A program made the position numbers and the translations under genes. 64,000 nucleotides of DNA, taken from positions 1,056,001-1,120,000 of the forward strand of contig OY970209.1 in the NCBI GenBank assembly GCA_963713855.1, read 5' to 3'. Below, piece after piece: positions 10,676-21,351 of this stretch. Origin of the DNA: an uncultured bacterium. GTDB lineage: Bacteria > Babelota > Babeliae > Babelales > Babelaceae. The notes beneath the pieces were generated by a model. It ran no database searches and was not told the origin of the DNA. It worked only from the letters and a program-made list of their open reading frames with translations. Position 1 is the stretch's first letter. Every line of letters begins with the position of its first letter.

Positions 10676-11263
10676 TTATTTGTGATTTGTCTCATGGCCA
10701 AAGTTTTTGGTTGACGCGAACGCGAGCATCGTAAACATAGCTCCCGTAAATATGAGATCTATAGCTACAAAAAGGCCGATGACCCAGAGGCTTGATGCTG
10801 GCCATCCAAGACCTACAAGTACCCCAAGCGCAAGTGTTACAAGGCCGTTAAGGAAAATCCAAATACGTCCTCGTGTTCTTACAAAAAATGCCCCAGCAAT
10901 ACGTATTAAACCACTTGCCGTGAATACACCAGCAAGAAGTAGCGTGAGAGCCATAGCGCCTGTTACTGGTTTAAGAATGATAAGAGTACCTGCAACAGCA
11001 TTTAGGATGCCTATCATGAGTGAGAATAAAAAGTGGTTACCTCGGCGTACCCATAGAGCATACCCTGCCTGCATAATACCGCTTATAAGCAAAAGCCATC
11101 CAAAAAAGATAACCGATGCAAATGTGGTCAGCGTTGAAGTCGTCAGTGCTATAGCACCAAGAACTAGAAGCCCAATACCAAGGGCAAAAAATAGCACCCT
11201 GTGCTTTTTGATGTCTTCAGCACTCATATGAGCATGTGTCGCATCATGTAAATCGCTATTCAT
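10676..11263 (-). CDS. HdeD/DUF308 family membrane protein
   Basis: Six TM segments, GWLLLISG, WPASSLWVIGLFVAIDLIFTG. Start chosen from AAGGAG spacing. Confidence 0.9.
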   Translation of the reverse strand: MNSDLHDATHAHMSAEDIKKHRVLFFALGIGLLVLGAIALTTSTLTTFASVIFFGWLLLISGIMQAGYALWVRRGNHFLFSLMIGILNAVAGTLIILKPVTGAMALTLLLAGVFTASGLIRIAGAFFVRTRGRIWIFLNGLVTLALGVLVGLGWPASSLWVIGLFVAIDLIFTGAMFTMLAFASTKNFGHETNHK

Positions 11264-11373
11264 CTTCATCTCCTTATACTCTCTCTTTTTTTCTATAGCA
11301 TACTCGAAGCACTTTAGAAATAGCAAGACTTTATTTCTTTTAGGATTAAGCTCGGTCTTTTTAGGTCTCTAAG

Positions 11374-11952
11374 CTATTTATCAACTTCGATATCAAAATC
11401 TTTGTCTATCTCTTCTTTAGTGACCAGCCCGCTGATAGCGAATGCTCTTTTGAGCGCCATGGCCTCAGCTACTTTAAGGATCATAGCGTTAACGTATTGC
11501 TCCCAGATGGGTGCGCCTTTCTTATAATAGTCTTTAATGCTTACAAATATGGCGGTGGCTTTTCTACGGTCCTTTCTAAACACGTTACAAAACGCGCCGG
11601 ACAACTTGCTTTTATCGAAAGCCAAATGGGATTCTCCGTACTCTATGTGAATGCTTCCGTCCTCACGCTTCACCAGTTTATCACCTTGGTAGACCACATC
11701 GCTTTCAAGCCCATCAAAGTTCTTATTAAGGTTGGCGATCTTTAAGTAGCCATCTCTGCTTGTTAGGATGGCTGCTCTTCCATTATATTTTAGAAAGTAG
11801 ATTTCTTTTTTAAGCGGATCGAGATCATATTCCTGACAGAGGTAAAGGAATACTTTAAGCTCGCTATCGGTGGCACCCTGTGCACTACTATTTTTAATAA
11901 GTTCTATATCGTTCGAGCTAAATGTTTTTTCTGCTTTAGCTGGGCTTTGCAT
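11374..11952 (-). CDS. bet: Phage-type single-strand annealing protein, Bet/RecT family
   Basis: ATDSELKVFLYLC..YDLDPLKKEIYF, RDGYLKIAN, FDGLES, GAFCNVFRKD, AMILKVAEAMALKRAF. RBS GAGG before ATG 11952. Confidence 0.9.
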   Translation of the reverse strand: MQSPAKAEKTFSSNDIELIKNSSAQGATDSELKVFLYLCQEYDLDPLKKEIYFLKYNGRAAILTSRDGYLKIANLNKNFDGLESDVVYQGDKLVKREDGSIHIEYGESHLAFDKSKLSGAFCNVFRKDRRKATAIFVSIKDYYKKGAPIWEQYVNAMILKVAEAMALKRAFAISGLVTKEEIDKDFDIEVDK

Positions 11953-12028
11953 AGCTTTTCCTCTAAAAAAACGTTCGATATCTAGTATATAAAAAATGCG
12001 AGCTTTTTCCCAGTGAGCACAATGCGTT

Positions 12029-12469
12029 CTATTTGCGCTCGCAGCAGTGTTCTTTGTACGTTTTAAGAGGGTCCCATAGTGCGAATAGTCCTGGCCCACC
12101 TATAATAATAGCCAAAGCAAAGAGTATTAAACTAAGCGGATACTCAAAGCCACCATTTTGAGCAAAAAAGCCGTGCCCGCGATGGATAATAAGTACAGCA
12201 CCGAGCATAACACCAATCGTCATAAGAGCACCAAGCTCAGCTGCAACCCCTGTAAGCAAGAGGATCCCGCCAATAAATTCAGAAAATGCTGCTAAATAAG
12301 CTACCGCAGAAGGTATATGGTAGGTACCCGCCCAGGAGACGAAAGCGGTTAGCCCCGGTCCACCAAATACCCCCAGCACTTTTTGACCACCGTGTATAAT
12401 AAATATTATCCCTAACGTTATTCGAACAAGCGTAAGCGCGAGTTGCGTGTGCTGAAAAATATTCTTCAT
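12029..12469 (-). CDS. DoxX family membrane protein
   Basis: RITLGIIFIIHGGQK, EFIGGILLLTG, GGFEYPL, GPG. Confidence 0.92.
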   Translation of the reverse strand: MKNIFQHTQLALTLVRITLGIIFIIHGGQKVLGVFGGPGLTAFVSWAGTYHIPSAVAYLAAFSEFIGGILLLTGVAAELGALMTIGVMLGAVLIIHRGHGFFAQNGGFEYPLSLILFALAIIIGGPGLFALWDPLKTYKEHCCERK

Positions 12470-12666
12470 AAATGGTTTGCTCCTTTTTAATGTCTCTCTT
12501 CGCTCATGTCATACCAAATTTGCTCAAAAAGCACAATCCAGCTAGCTGCACACCTTTATAGTTTTCATACTTTATGTTCTAAATAAAGTGCTTAAATATG
12601 GGCTATTTTAAAAAAATTTTAATATGATACAATTATTAGGGTAGCGGTTTTCTTAAAAAGGCATTT

Positions 12667-13416
12667 ATGAGTTGTACATTTACGTATTTAGCTTTAGCGT
12701 TCCTTTCCTTGAGCTCTTGCGGGCTAGAGGCAATGGAAAAGAAATCTTGTAAAAAACCTTCTCTATGCACCCAGTACTATCTAAAGAAGTTGCTTTGTGC
12801 AAGATTAAGTACCTTGTTGCAAAATCCATCTATTTTACATAGAGCTATAGCTTCTTATCAGGATGAAGAAGCGTCTTTAATACTTGGTCTCGGCGCTAAT
12901 CCAGCATTACAGAATGGAGAAGGCCAAAATGCTATGCATGTTGCGCTTATTAATGGTAACTTGGACTTTGCAAGAGCTCTTGTCGTCGTGCTTGATCTTG
13001 AGGCGCTATCTAGCCCGGATGTGCATGGTCATAATTCACTGGACTATGCCTTAAGTCTTAACTTCAATGATTTTGCTCATGAGTTAAGACAGAGAGGCGT
13101 CAACTCATCAGCCAACATTGAGGATCAAACTGACCTTCATCGAGCAGTTAATAATGGCGACAGCGCTGCTATTCGCGAAATTTTAGCTATTCAACCAGAG
13201 CTCATTAATGTGCCTGACGGTGAAGGACATGCACCGCTGCATTGTGCCTTGATTGAAGGATTTAATGAGGGAGCGCTTATTTTGATAGAGCTTGGTGCTG
13301 ACTTAGACGTTGTTTTTGCCAGAAGCACGACTGATCTAGAAGCTCGTCGATTGGTCATAACTCCCCGTGAATTTATTCGGGCGACCGGCAGCCTAGATCT
13401 CTTAAGAATGCTTTAA
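12667..13416 (+). CDS. Secreted ankyrin-repeat protein
   Basis: GQNAMHVA, GHNSLDYA, QTDLHRAV, GHAPLHCA...LGADLD; signal peptide then AME. Confidence 0.9.
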   Translation: MSCTFTYLALAFLSLSSCGLEAMEKKSCKKPSLCTQYYLKKLLCARLSTLLQNPSILHRAIASYQDEEASLILGLGANPALQNGEGQNAMHVALINGNLDFARALVVVLDLEALSSPDVHGHNSLDYALSLNFNDFAHELRQRGVNSSANIEDQTDLHRAVNNGDSAAIREILAIQPELINVPDGEGHAPLHCALIEGFNEGALILIELGADLDVVFARSTTDLEARRLVITPREFIRATGSLDLLRML

Positions 13417-13537
13417 CATAACTTTATTTTTTCCGCCCGATAGCATGCTGAAATTCTTAGAATGATCGAGTCCTATATCTGTAAAAATTAATTTTAGCAA
13501 CCACTGAATTATAGATCTTGTTTTTGTTTAATAGCTA

Positions 13538-13579
13538 AAATAAGCACTTTTGATCAATTGTCATTCAAAGTGCTTATTT
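13538..13579. terminator. Putative bidirectional terminator
   Basis: AAATAAGCACTTT...AAAGTGCTTATTT between convergent genes. Confidence 0.6.
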
Positions 13580-13593
13580 ATATATCCGATCTT

Positions 13594-14979
13594 TTAAAAC
13601 TTCATAGCAGCTTTTTTATAGATCGCTTGAGCATATTTTGCTTCTTTAGCATGATCTAGTATTGGTAGCGGATGAATGCGTTTATCACCAAGCTGATCCC
13701 AATTATGTATGCGTTCGGGCGCTATGTTTCTAAATGCTGGAAGCCATTGCTTGATATAGGTGCATGCAGAATCAAATTTCTTTTGCTGTGTCCAGGGGTT
13801 AAATATCCTGAAGTAGGGTTGTGCATCGCTGCCTGTTGAAGCTACCCACTGCCAATTCCCGTTATTTACGCATGGGTCATAATCAACGAGAAATTGTGCA
13901 AAAAATCGCTCACCTTTCTTCCAATCTATGTGCATATCTTTTGTTAAGAAAGAGCCAACGATAAGCCGTGCGCGGTTATGCATATAGCCCGTGGTGATAA
14001 GTTGAGTCATAGCAGCATCTACAATTGGAAAACCAGTTGAAGCAGAGCACCATCGCTTAAACAGTGTTTCATTGTCGTTCCAAGCAATATCATCAAATGA
14101 GGGCTTAAAGGCGTGCCCAAAAACAAAAGGGGCATAATAAGCAATGTGCGTAAAGAAATCTCTCCAATAAAGCTGCCTCAAAAGAGCCTCAGATCCTGTT
14201 TTTTCTTTTATAGCGTGGTAGACTTCCCGTATGGAGACGGTGCCAAATTTATTAGGTGCCGAAAGGCCAGTCGTATTCATATAAAGCAAGTCGTGCGTTT
14301 TTTCATAGCCCTTAAACTGTTTTAGGTTGGCGAGTATACCCAAAGCCTCTCTTCTTCCACCCTTACGAAAAAGCTCATTATTTTTATAGGTTGCCCATTC
14401 TCTTTTTTCAATAGCTTCAAAGCTTGTAGAATACTTACTGGCACCTATTTTCTTGCGATAGTTTTTTAGATCGTGAAAATGAGGTCGTTCAACAGAAATC
14501 TCAAGGGCTTTTTTATAGAATGGAGTAAAGATCTGATAGGGTCTTCCATCTTGTTTTAGAAGCTCTTCAGGCTCATGCAAAAGCGTGTCCCCGTATACCT
14601 TAAAATCTATGTCTTCATGGTCGCAAATCTTTTTTATATTTTTATCTCGTTCTTTGCTAAAAGGTGTGTAATCTCTGTTTACAAACACAGCTTGAGGCCT
14701 AAGCTGTAGCGTAAGTTCTCCTATTACGTGCTGCGTATTGCCATAAAACAGAAAAAGTTTACCGCCTTTTTTATGCAGCTCCTCGTCAAGGTCGTATAGA
14801 GAAGCGAGCATATATGCGATACAATTAAGGCTTCGATAGGAATTACTCTTCTCGACCTGAACAGGGTCAAAGATGAAACAGGGTACTACTTCTCTTGAGA
14901 GCTTGAGCGCGTTATAAAGTCCAATATTGTCCTCAATCCTCAAGTCACGCCTAAAAATGAAGATACTTGTTTGGTACAT
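13594..14979 (-). CDS. phrB: Deoxyribodipyrimidine photolyase (class I CPD)
   Basis: FRRDLRIEDN, QLYWRDFF, TGFPIVDAAM..L..TGYMHNRARLIV, NNGNWQW, PYFRIFNP. Confidence 0.95.
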   Translation of the reverse strand: MYQTSIFIFRRDLRIEDNIGLYNALKLSREVVPCFIFDPVQVEKSNSYRSLNCIAYMLASLYDLDEELHKKGGKLFLFYGNTQHVIGELTLQLRPQAVFVNRDYTPFSKERDKNIKKICDHEDIDFKVYGDTLLHEPEELLKQDGRPYQIFTPFYKKALEISVERPHFHDLKNYRKKIGASKYSTSFEAIEKREWATYKNNELFRKGGRREALGILANLKQFKGYEKTHDLLYMNTTGLSAPNKFGTVSIREVYHAIKEKTGSEALLRQLYWRDFFTHIAYYAPFVFGHAFKPSFDDIAWNDNETLFKRWCSASTGFPIVDAAMTQLITTGYMHNRARLIVGSFLTKDMHIDWKKGERFFAQFLVDYDPCVNNGNWQWVASTGSDAQPYFRIFNPWTQQKKFDSACTYIKQWLPAFRNIAPERIHNWDQLGDKRIHPLPILDHAKEAKYAQAIYKKAAMKF

Positions 14980-15040
14980 GATGCTTTGCCATGTAAATTT
15001 TTTATAACACTAGATCATTTTTTAGGGATGTCAAAGCAGA

Positions 15041-15061
15041 GCCTCAGGTATTCCCTGAGGC
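15041..15061 (-). terminator. Putative terminator hairpin
   Basis: GCCTCAGG-tattc-CCTGAGGC downstream of 15113..15646. Confidence 0.45.
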
Positions 15062-15112
15062 ATACTACGCTTACAAGCTTAAAAATGATAAAGAGTTTTT
15101 GGTGTGCTTAAA

Positions 15113-15646
15113 TTATTCGTTTTCTTTTGTCGGCAGCTCATTTTGGGTTTTTTCGGCTGAAAAAAGAGCACTCAAAGCTCCGGCTATACCCGCTCCACCA
15201 TGAATAGCTGGCAGGGATACTCCTACTCCAGTTGACAATGGGCTTTGTTCAAGCACTTCACGTAAAGCAATATAGGAAGACATTGTAAATAGAGCAGTTG
15301 CTGCAATTTTTCCTAATAAATATCCTGCTTTGCCCTCAGGTGAAAGTTTTTTAGCAAGCTCATTTGCCTGTTTGTACGAGTCAGATGCCAAATCAGCGGC
15401 CTTAAGAGACGCAGTACCTAGGGTAAGAATAGTGCCCATAAAGATTTGGATAAAGCTCTCCAGGACGCCGGTTTTTAGTTCACTAGAGAACTCGTCGGAT
15501 TTTATTTTGTCATCCTTAGGCTTTTTTATTTCATGTATTGGGTTACGTACGACCAGGGCGCTTGAACGTTGATTCTCTTCTTTTGCGGCATGGAGCCAAG
15601 AGGGTAAACTGCATATAAGAAGCGCGAGAGCTAGTTTTTTTATCAT
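15113..15646 (-). CDS. Hypothetical secreted/membrane protein
   Basis: Signal peptide MIKKLALALL..LHA; Gly/Ala-rich hydrophobic segments; RBS AAGGA. Confidence 0.75.
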   Translation of the reverse strand: MIKKLALALLICSLPSWLHAAKEENQRSSALVVRNPIHEIKKPKDDKIKSDEFSSELKTGVLESFIQIFMGTILTLGTASLKAADLASDSYKQANELAKKLSPEGKAGYLLGKIAATALFTMSSYIALREVLEQSPLSTGVGVSLPAIHGGAGIAGALSALFSAEKTQNELPTKENE

Positions 15647-15895
15647 GTCTTATCCTTAATATCGGTATCATTAACATCATTATAAAATAAATATATATAT
15701 AAATTCAATATTTTTTCCAATAGCAAATTTTAGTATCATTTTAGACATAACAATACTCCCAGCGTAACCGGCTTTCAATTTTTTAATATAATACTTTAAT
15801 AAGAGCTTATTTTTCAAAGCATTGCCTTGTCAGACAATTGCTCTAGTAGTATGCTTAATTTGTTTTATTGAGGATGATATTTGTTGGAGATTGTT

Positions 15896-16438
15896 ATGCG
15901 TACAACGCCTATAGCCATTACCTTTGCTTCAATACTGTTTTTACCTTTTTCGATTGCTCAAGGAGGCAAGCTAACTCATGATCAGAAAGAAACTGTAAAG
16001 GATATAATTGCTCTTATGCGGAGTAAGGTGACTTATGAGAAGGCCCAAAAGAATGATAAATTAAGTGCTTCTTATGGACAGGTAATTCACGAGCTTGAAG
16101 AGATTTCTTATAAAAAACGAAAGGATAAAGCCGATGCTGGAGACGTTGATGAGCAAGTAACGCTTGCTCAGATTCTTGAAAAATCAGGCAGGATCGAGGA
16201 AGCCAAATATTATTATATGCTTGCAGCAGCTGAGGGGGACGAAGAAGCACAAGAAAAATTGCTTGTTCTTGAAGGTCACCGATTTGCTCATGGTCAACGA
16301 TTGGAATCTATGGTAGAGACTAGAGAATTATATCTAGCCTGGGCATCACTCGCAGCATTAGCTTTTGCTACAGTATATGTTCTTTACAGATGCATTGGTT
16401 CTTCTCGCAAATTAAAACTACAAGAAAAAGACATTTGA
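15896..16438 (+). CDS. Secreted Sel1/TPR-like protein with C-terminal TM
   Basis: LAQILEKSGRIEEAKYYYMLAAAEGDEEAQ; C-terminal hydrophobic helix. Confidence 0.7.
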   Translation: MRTTPIAITFASILFLPFSIAQGGKLTHDQKETVKDIIALMRSKVTYEKAQKNDKLSASYGQVIHELEEISYKKRKDKADAGDVDEQVTLAQILEKSGRIEEAKYYYMLAAAEGDEEAQEKLLVLEGHRFAHGQRLESMVETRELYLAWASLAALAFATVYVLYRCIGSSRKLKLQEKDI

Positions 16439-16509
16439 TTTGCAATGAATAGACCTGCACTTGCTTGCACACATTTTATACAAAATCTTATAGATAAAAG
16501 GGTATACCA

Positions 16510-17061
16510 ATGTCTATTGCATTAATTCTCGGCGGTGCGCTTATTCTGCTCGTACTTTGGTTTATTAGTGGTTATAATAGGCTTATTAAGCTCAAGGGCT
16601 TTCTTGATGAAGCATGGAGCGGTATTGACGTGCAGCTTAAGCGCCGTAACGACCTTATTCCCAATTTAGTGGCTACGGTAAAACAATATAGCCTCCATGA
16701 AAAGGGGGTTTTGGAGTCTGTGGCGAATGCGCGGTCAGCTTCGCTACATGCAACAAACATTGAGCAAAAATCCCAGGCTGAAGGTGACCTAAGTCGTTCA
16801 TTGAAAACGTTATTTGCCGTTGCCGAAAACTATCCAGACCTTAAAGCCAACCAAAATTTCTTGAGTTTACAGGACGATCTTTCAAAACTTGAGTCGGACA
16901 TCCAGCTTGCGCGAAGATATTATAATGGTGCTGCACGTAACTATAATATCACTATCGGTACATTCCCTATGAGCGTCATTGCATCGCTTGCTCGATTTGG
17001 TAAGGCTGATTACTTTGAAGCGTCGCAATCTGAGCGTGAACAGCAACGGGTTACTTTTTAA
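16510..17061 (+). CDS. lemA: LemA family protein
   Basis: YNRL..EAWSGIDVQLKRRNDLIPNLV, AVAENYPDLKANQNF, ARRYYN. Confidence 0.97.
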   Translation: MSIALILGGALILLVLWFISGYNRLIKLKGFLDEAWSGIDVQLKRRNDLIPNLVATVKQYSLHEKGVLESVANARSASLHATNIEQKSQAEGDLSRSLKTLFAVAENYPDLKANQNFLSLQDDLSKLESDIQLARRYYNGAARNYNITIGTFPMSVIASLARFGKADYFEASQSEREQQRVTF

Positions 17062-18807
17062 TGACGCGATTTTTTTTAGGGATTCTTCTTGTAAGCACGC
17101 TAACCATTAGCGGCCAAGAACGCATACTCTCTTTCGATAGCCATATCACGATTAATACGGATTCTTCTGTTGACGTGCAGGAAACAATAACGGTCTTTGC
17201 GCAGGGCCAGAAAATAGTACATGGCATCATGCGTGAATTTCCAACACGCTATAAAGACCGCTATGGGCATGAGTATCAAGTAGGCTTTGCTCTTCAAGAA
17301 GCTCGCGTAAAAAATGAACAGAGCAAACTGCAAAAAGTTCCCGTAAAAACTGTTAAAAGAGCAAACGGTATTGTTCTGTATCTCGGAAACCCAGATAGAC
17401 GGCTGAGGCCGGGTATCTATACATACGTAATTCGCTATTCAGTAACGCGTGTCTTAGGCTTTTTTAAAGAGTATGACGAGCTTTATTGGAATGTAACCGG
17501 TAATGGCTGGAGATTTAGCATCGATGAGGCACGAGCGGTTATTAAGCTTCCTCAGGGTGTTAATGCAGAATCTCTTGTTTTTGATGCCTATACAGGGCCT
17601 TTTGGTACGCAGGGCAAAAATTTTACTACAACGAAGGATGCTGTTGGAAATCTTGTATTTCAAACGCAGCGTGCTCTAACACCTTATCGAGGGATTGACG
17701 GTAGCAGTTTCCTGGCCTAAAGGATTTGTGCGTGAACCTGGATTAGCCGCAAAGCTCATGTCGTTTTTAAGTGATAATATTTCTATTTTTCTTCTTCTGA
17801 TAGGGCTTATTCTGGCCTTTGCGCGGTATTTTTTAGCTTGGCTTGATGTAAGGCGAAGAAATCGGCCCGGTACTATTATTCCCTTATTTGAGCCGCCATT
17901 GGATCCTAAAACCGGAACTCCTTTACTGCCATGCGAAGTGCGCTACGTATACCGTAAAAAGTACGATGCTCAAACTTTATCCTCTGAGATAGTTAATTGT
18001 GCCGTGCACGGTTATCTTACAATTGACTACAAATCGGGTTTTTTTGAAGGTACTTATACTCTCCAAAAGACTCATCACAAAGTGCCGGATAAAGCACATC
18101 CTCTTCATGTTCTGATTCTTGACGATTTATTTGCCCGGAGGCAGCAGCTCGAGCTTACGCAATATTACGCTCGCGTACTTACGATTGTTGTTGAAGAAGT
18201 AGTAAATTGGCTTAAGGAGAATCAGGCTGGTACTTTTGCAACCAAGAGCGGTGTCATTTTTAGTGGTATCTTGATATCTGCGCTTTCCCTTATTGCGGGA
18301 GTTATGCTTATGTCGGGATCTGTCGGCCTTCTTTTCTTTGTACTGATCGTAGTTCTTATCTTCGTCAATTATCTATTTGCGACACGGTTGACGTATTATA
18401 CGCAAGAAGGCCGAAAGCTTGCGGATGAAATTGAAGGCTTTAAGCTTTTTTTAGAAACTGCAGAATCACCACGCCTAGCTATTGTAGGAACACCACCGAC
18501 CAAGACTCCCGAATTGTATGAAAAATACTTGCCGTACGCAATGGCTTTAGGAGTTGAGGAGCAGTGGACGCGGCAATTTACTCCCCTATTTAATATGCTC
18601 GAACGGAGGGGAAAACCTTATTATCCGTTGTGGTATTCTAACCCTCGTATGACAGCATTTAACCCGGCTACATTTAGTTCCGGCCTTAATAAATCACTAA
18701 ATTCTGCTATATCATCCTCGGTGCGTGTACCAGGAACAGTATCAGGCTCACGCGGCGGCGGTTCTTCAGGCGGCGGAGCTGGTGGCGGTGGCGGCGGTGG
18801 CTGGTAA
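17061..18807 (+). pseudogene. DUF2207 family membrane protein with one frameshift near 17688
   Basis: DELYWNVTGNGW in the first ORF; LYEKYLPYAMALGV and Gly-rich GGGGW end in the second. Removing one base restores TPYEGLTVAVSWPKG. Confidence 0.88.
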
Positions 18808-18963
18808 TAAAATACAAGCTTTCTGCACTCTTTGGAATAGCGCTTTTAAGCACACACTGCTCTAGTCCATTTGCCTAATTCTACGATTTATACTAAACTG
18901 TCCCTTAGTGTACTTTTGATATTTCAGTCTTTAAATTTATCGCGTGAATAAAGAGTTTATTAT

Positions 18964-19923
18964 ATGGATAGTATAGAAACTGTTAAGCTTACCAAGCATT
19001 TTATTTCTGGTAAAACCCGGGTTGAATCGGTTAGGGGCATTGACATTGTCGTAAAAAAGGGCGAGATATTTGGTTTTCTTGGACCTAATGGTGCAGGAAA
19101 GACAACAGCTATGCGTATGCTCACAACGCTTCTCACCCCGACGAGCGGCACCGCTCTTATAGATGGCCTTGACATTAAAGAGCAAGCAAATGCGGTGCGT
19201 ACGCGTATCGGGTATGTGAGTCAGGCTGGTGGCCTTGATCCCCATGCAACACCGCGTGAGAATCTTATCTTGCAGGGACGTATTTTTGGTATGTCTTTTT
19301 CTGAGGCGGCTAATCGTGCGCAGGAGCTTATTAAGCTTTTTGATTTGACCGAATACGCAGACAGGCCCGTAAAGACCTTATCGGGTGGTCAGCGAAGGCG
19401 AGCGGATATTGCTTTAAGTGTCGTTCATACTCCGCGTGTATTATTTCTTGACGAGCCAAGTACTGGGCTTGATCCTCAAAGTCGCGCATGTGTTTGGGAA
19501 GAAATTAAAAAAGTGCGTGCACTTGGTACAACCATTTTTCTTACAAGCCACTACCTTCATGAAGTAGATGTACTATGCGATCGCATAGCCATCATGGATC
19601 ATGGAACCATCGTTGCAGAGGGCACATCAGTGGCTCTTAAAAAACAGATCGCTGGTGACGTCATTACCGTTGGTTTTGGTGTTCTTGAGCACAAAGAACA
19701 GGCCCGAAGCCTTTTACGTGATCAAGGGTTTGTTCGATCATTGTGTGAAGACAATGACCTATTGCGTGTATACGTAGATCAGGGCGAGACTTCCTTGCCA
19801 CACGTGTTGCGCACGCTCGATCATGCGAGCTTAACAGTTAATACTATTTCGCTTGCGCGACCAAGCTTAGACGATGTTTTTTTAAAGCAAACTGGACGTT
19901 CACTTCAGGCAGCACAACAGTAG
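18964..19923 (+). CDS. DrrA-like ABC exporter ATP-binding subunit
   Basis: GPNGAGKTT, LSGGQRRR, LFLDEP, PSLDDVFL. Confidence 0.95.
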   Translation: MDSIETVKLTKHFISGKTRVESVRGIDIVVKKGEIFGFLGPNGAGKTTAMRMLTTLLTPTSGTALIDGLDIKEQANAVRTRIGYVSQAGGLDPHATPRENLILQGRIFGMSFSEAANRAQELIKLFDLTEYADRPVKTLSGGQRRRADIALSVVHTPRVLFLDEPSTGLDPQSRACVWEEIKKVRALGTTIFLTSHYLHEVDVLCDRIAIMDHGTIVAEGTSVALKKQIAGDVITVGFGVLEHKEQARSLLRDQGFVRSLCEDNDLLRVYVDQGETSLPHVLRTLDHASLTVNTISLARPSLDDVFLKQTGRSLQAAQQ

Positions 19924-19930
19924 GAAAAAT

Positions 19931-20695
19931 ATGAAGCTTATTCGTGATATTCAGCTTATTTACGGGCGTAGCTTTCAAGTAACGTTACGTAATCCGGTCT
20001 TTGTCATATTCGGTTTATTTAATCCGCTCTGCTTATTATTCCTTTTTGCACCGCTTTTAGGTTCTTTAGCAAAATCTCCAGGGTTTCCATCGGGGAATGC
20101 GCTTTCTATGTTTGTTCCCGGACTCCTCATAATGATTGCGCTTTATGGTTCTTCGTTTGTTGGCTTTGGGCTTTTAGACGATGTCCGATCAGGTGTCTTA
20201 GAGCGTTTTAAAGTAACTCCACTCTCTCGCAGTGCCATCCTTTTTGGCATGGTATTAAGGGACGTAACCGTGTTACTTGCTCAAGCAATACTCATGCTTG
20301 TTTTTGCGGCGTTATTCTTCGGACTTTCATTGAGTCTTTCTGGTGTGTGCGCTACGCTCGCATTAGTGAGCATAATCGGATTTGCTATAGCCTCTTTTTC
20401 GTATAGCGTAGCATTGGCTGTGGGTAATGAAGATGCGCTTGCTGCTACCGTTAATTTTTTTATTGTTCCAACGCAGTTATTAGCAGGAATTATGTTGCCT
20501 TTAACGCTTGCTCCGTTATGGCTTCAGCGGCTTTCATACATAAATCCCTTGTCCTACGCCGTAAGCGCTGCGCGTGTCTTATGCGCTGGCAACGGCTATA
20601 ATCAAACGGTTTTGTTTGGCTTTGTCGCTGTTTTATTACTTCTGCTCGTATGCTGCACATGGGGCGTGCGCTCTTTTAAAAAGAATGCTGTTTGA
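19931..20695 (+). CDS. DrrB-like ABC-2 permease
   Basis: Six TMs, GVLERFKVTPLSR, INPLSYAV. Confidence 0.93.
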   Translation: MKLIRDIQLIYGRSFQVTLRNPVFVIFGLFNPLCLLFLFAPLLGSLAKSPGFPSGNALSMFVPGLLIMIALYGSSFVGFGLLDDVRSGVLERFKVTPLSRSAILFGMVLRDVTVLLAQAILMLVFAALFFGLSLSLSGVCATLALVSIIGFAIASFSYSVALAVGNEDALAATVNFFIVPTQLLAGIMLPLTLAPLWLQRLSYINPLSYAVSAARVLCAGNGYNQTVLFGFVAVLLLLLVCCTWGVRSFKKNAV

Positions 20696-20811
20696 GGTGA
20701 GTAAAGTTTATTAAAAACGTTCTTGCCCCTCGAGAACCGTATTGTTTTTTTTAGTGCGGCATCTTTTTTTAAATGGGTTATACTTCTTCTATTATGTCAT
20801 AGGAGTCAAAT

Positions 20812-21351
20812 ATGATCACTAAAACGTTAAAACCCGATAAGAAAAATGTTCTAAAGTCTTCTAGGTTAGAAACTGAACTTGGTTCTATGTTAGTGATAGC
20901 CGACGAAAATGCTTTATATCTTCTGGAATTTGCTAATAGGCGCCATTTGGAGCAAGAAATTGAGCGGCTCAAGAAAAAAACTGGAATGTCCGTTGTTCCT
21001 GGTCGTACTAAGGCGATAGATTCAATTGAAGCTGAGCTGAAGCAGTATTTTGCTGGAAAGCTTCATACATTCAAGACACCCTTCACTTTTTTAGGATCTC
21101 CTTTTCAAAAATCTGTCTGGAAAGCTTTAGAAGAGATACCCCATGGAAAAACGTCTTCTTATGCGCAGGTAGCAGCTCTGTTAAAAAAGCCCTCAGCCTT
21201 TCGTGCCGTTGCAAATGCAGTTGGTTCAAATAATCTTGCTCTTATAATTCCTTGTCACCGAGTTATCAATAAGGATGGGCGCATGGGTGGATACGCGGCC
21301 GGACTTGAACGAAAAAAGTGGCTATTAAAGCACGAGAGTGTTGGAGTTTAA
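20812..21351 (+). CDS. ogt: Methylated-DNA--protein-cysteine methyltransferase
   Basis: FQKSVW..IPHG..SY, RAVANAVGSN, IIPCHRVI. Confidence 0.96.
   Translation: MITKTLKPDKKNVLKSSRLETELGSMLVIADENALYLLEFANRRHLEQEIERLKKKTGMSVVPGRTKAIDSIEAELKQYFAGKLHTFKTPFTFLGSPFQKSVWKALEEIPHGKTSSYAQVAALLKKPSAFRAVANAVGSNNLALIIPCHRVINKDGRMGGYAAGLERKKWLLKHESVGV

Noticed and set aside
11374..12469. Prophage around bet
   Set aside because: No structural, integrase or replication genes nearby.
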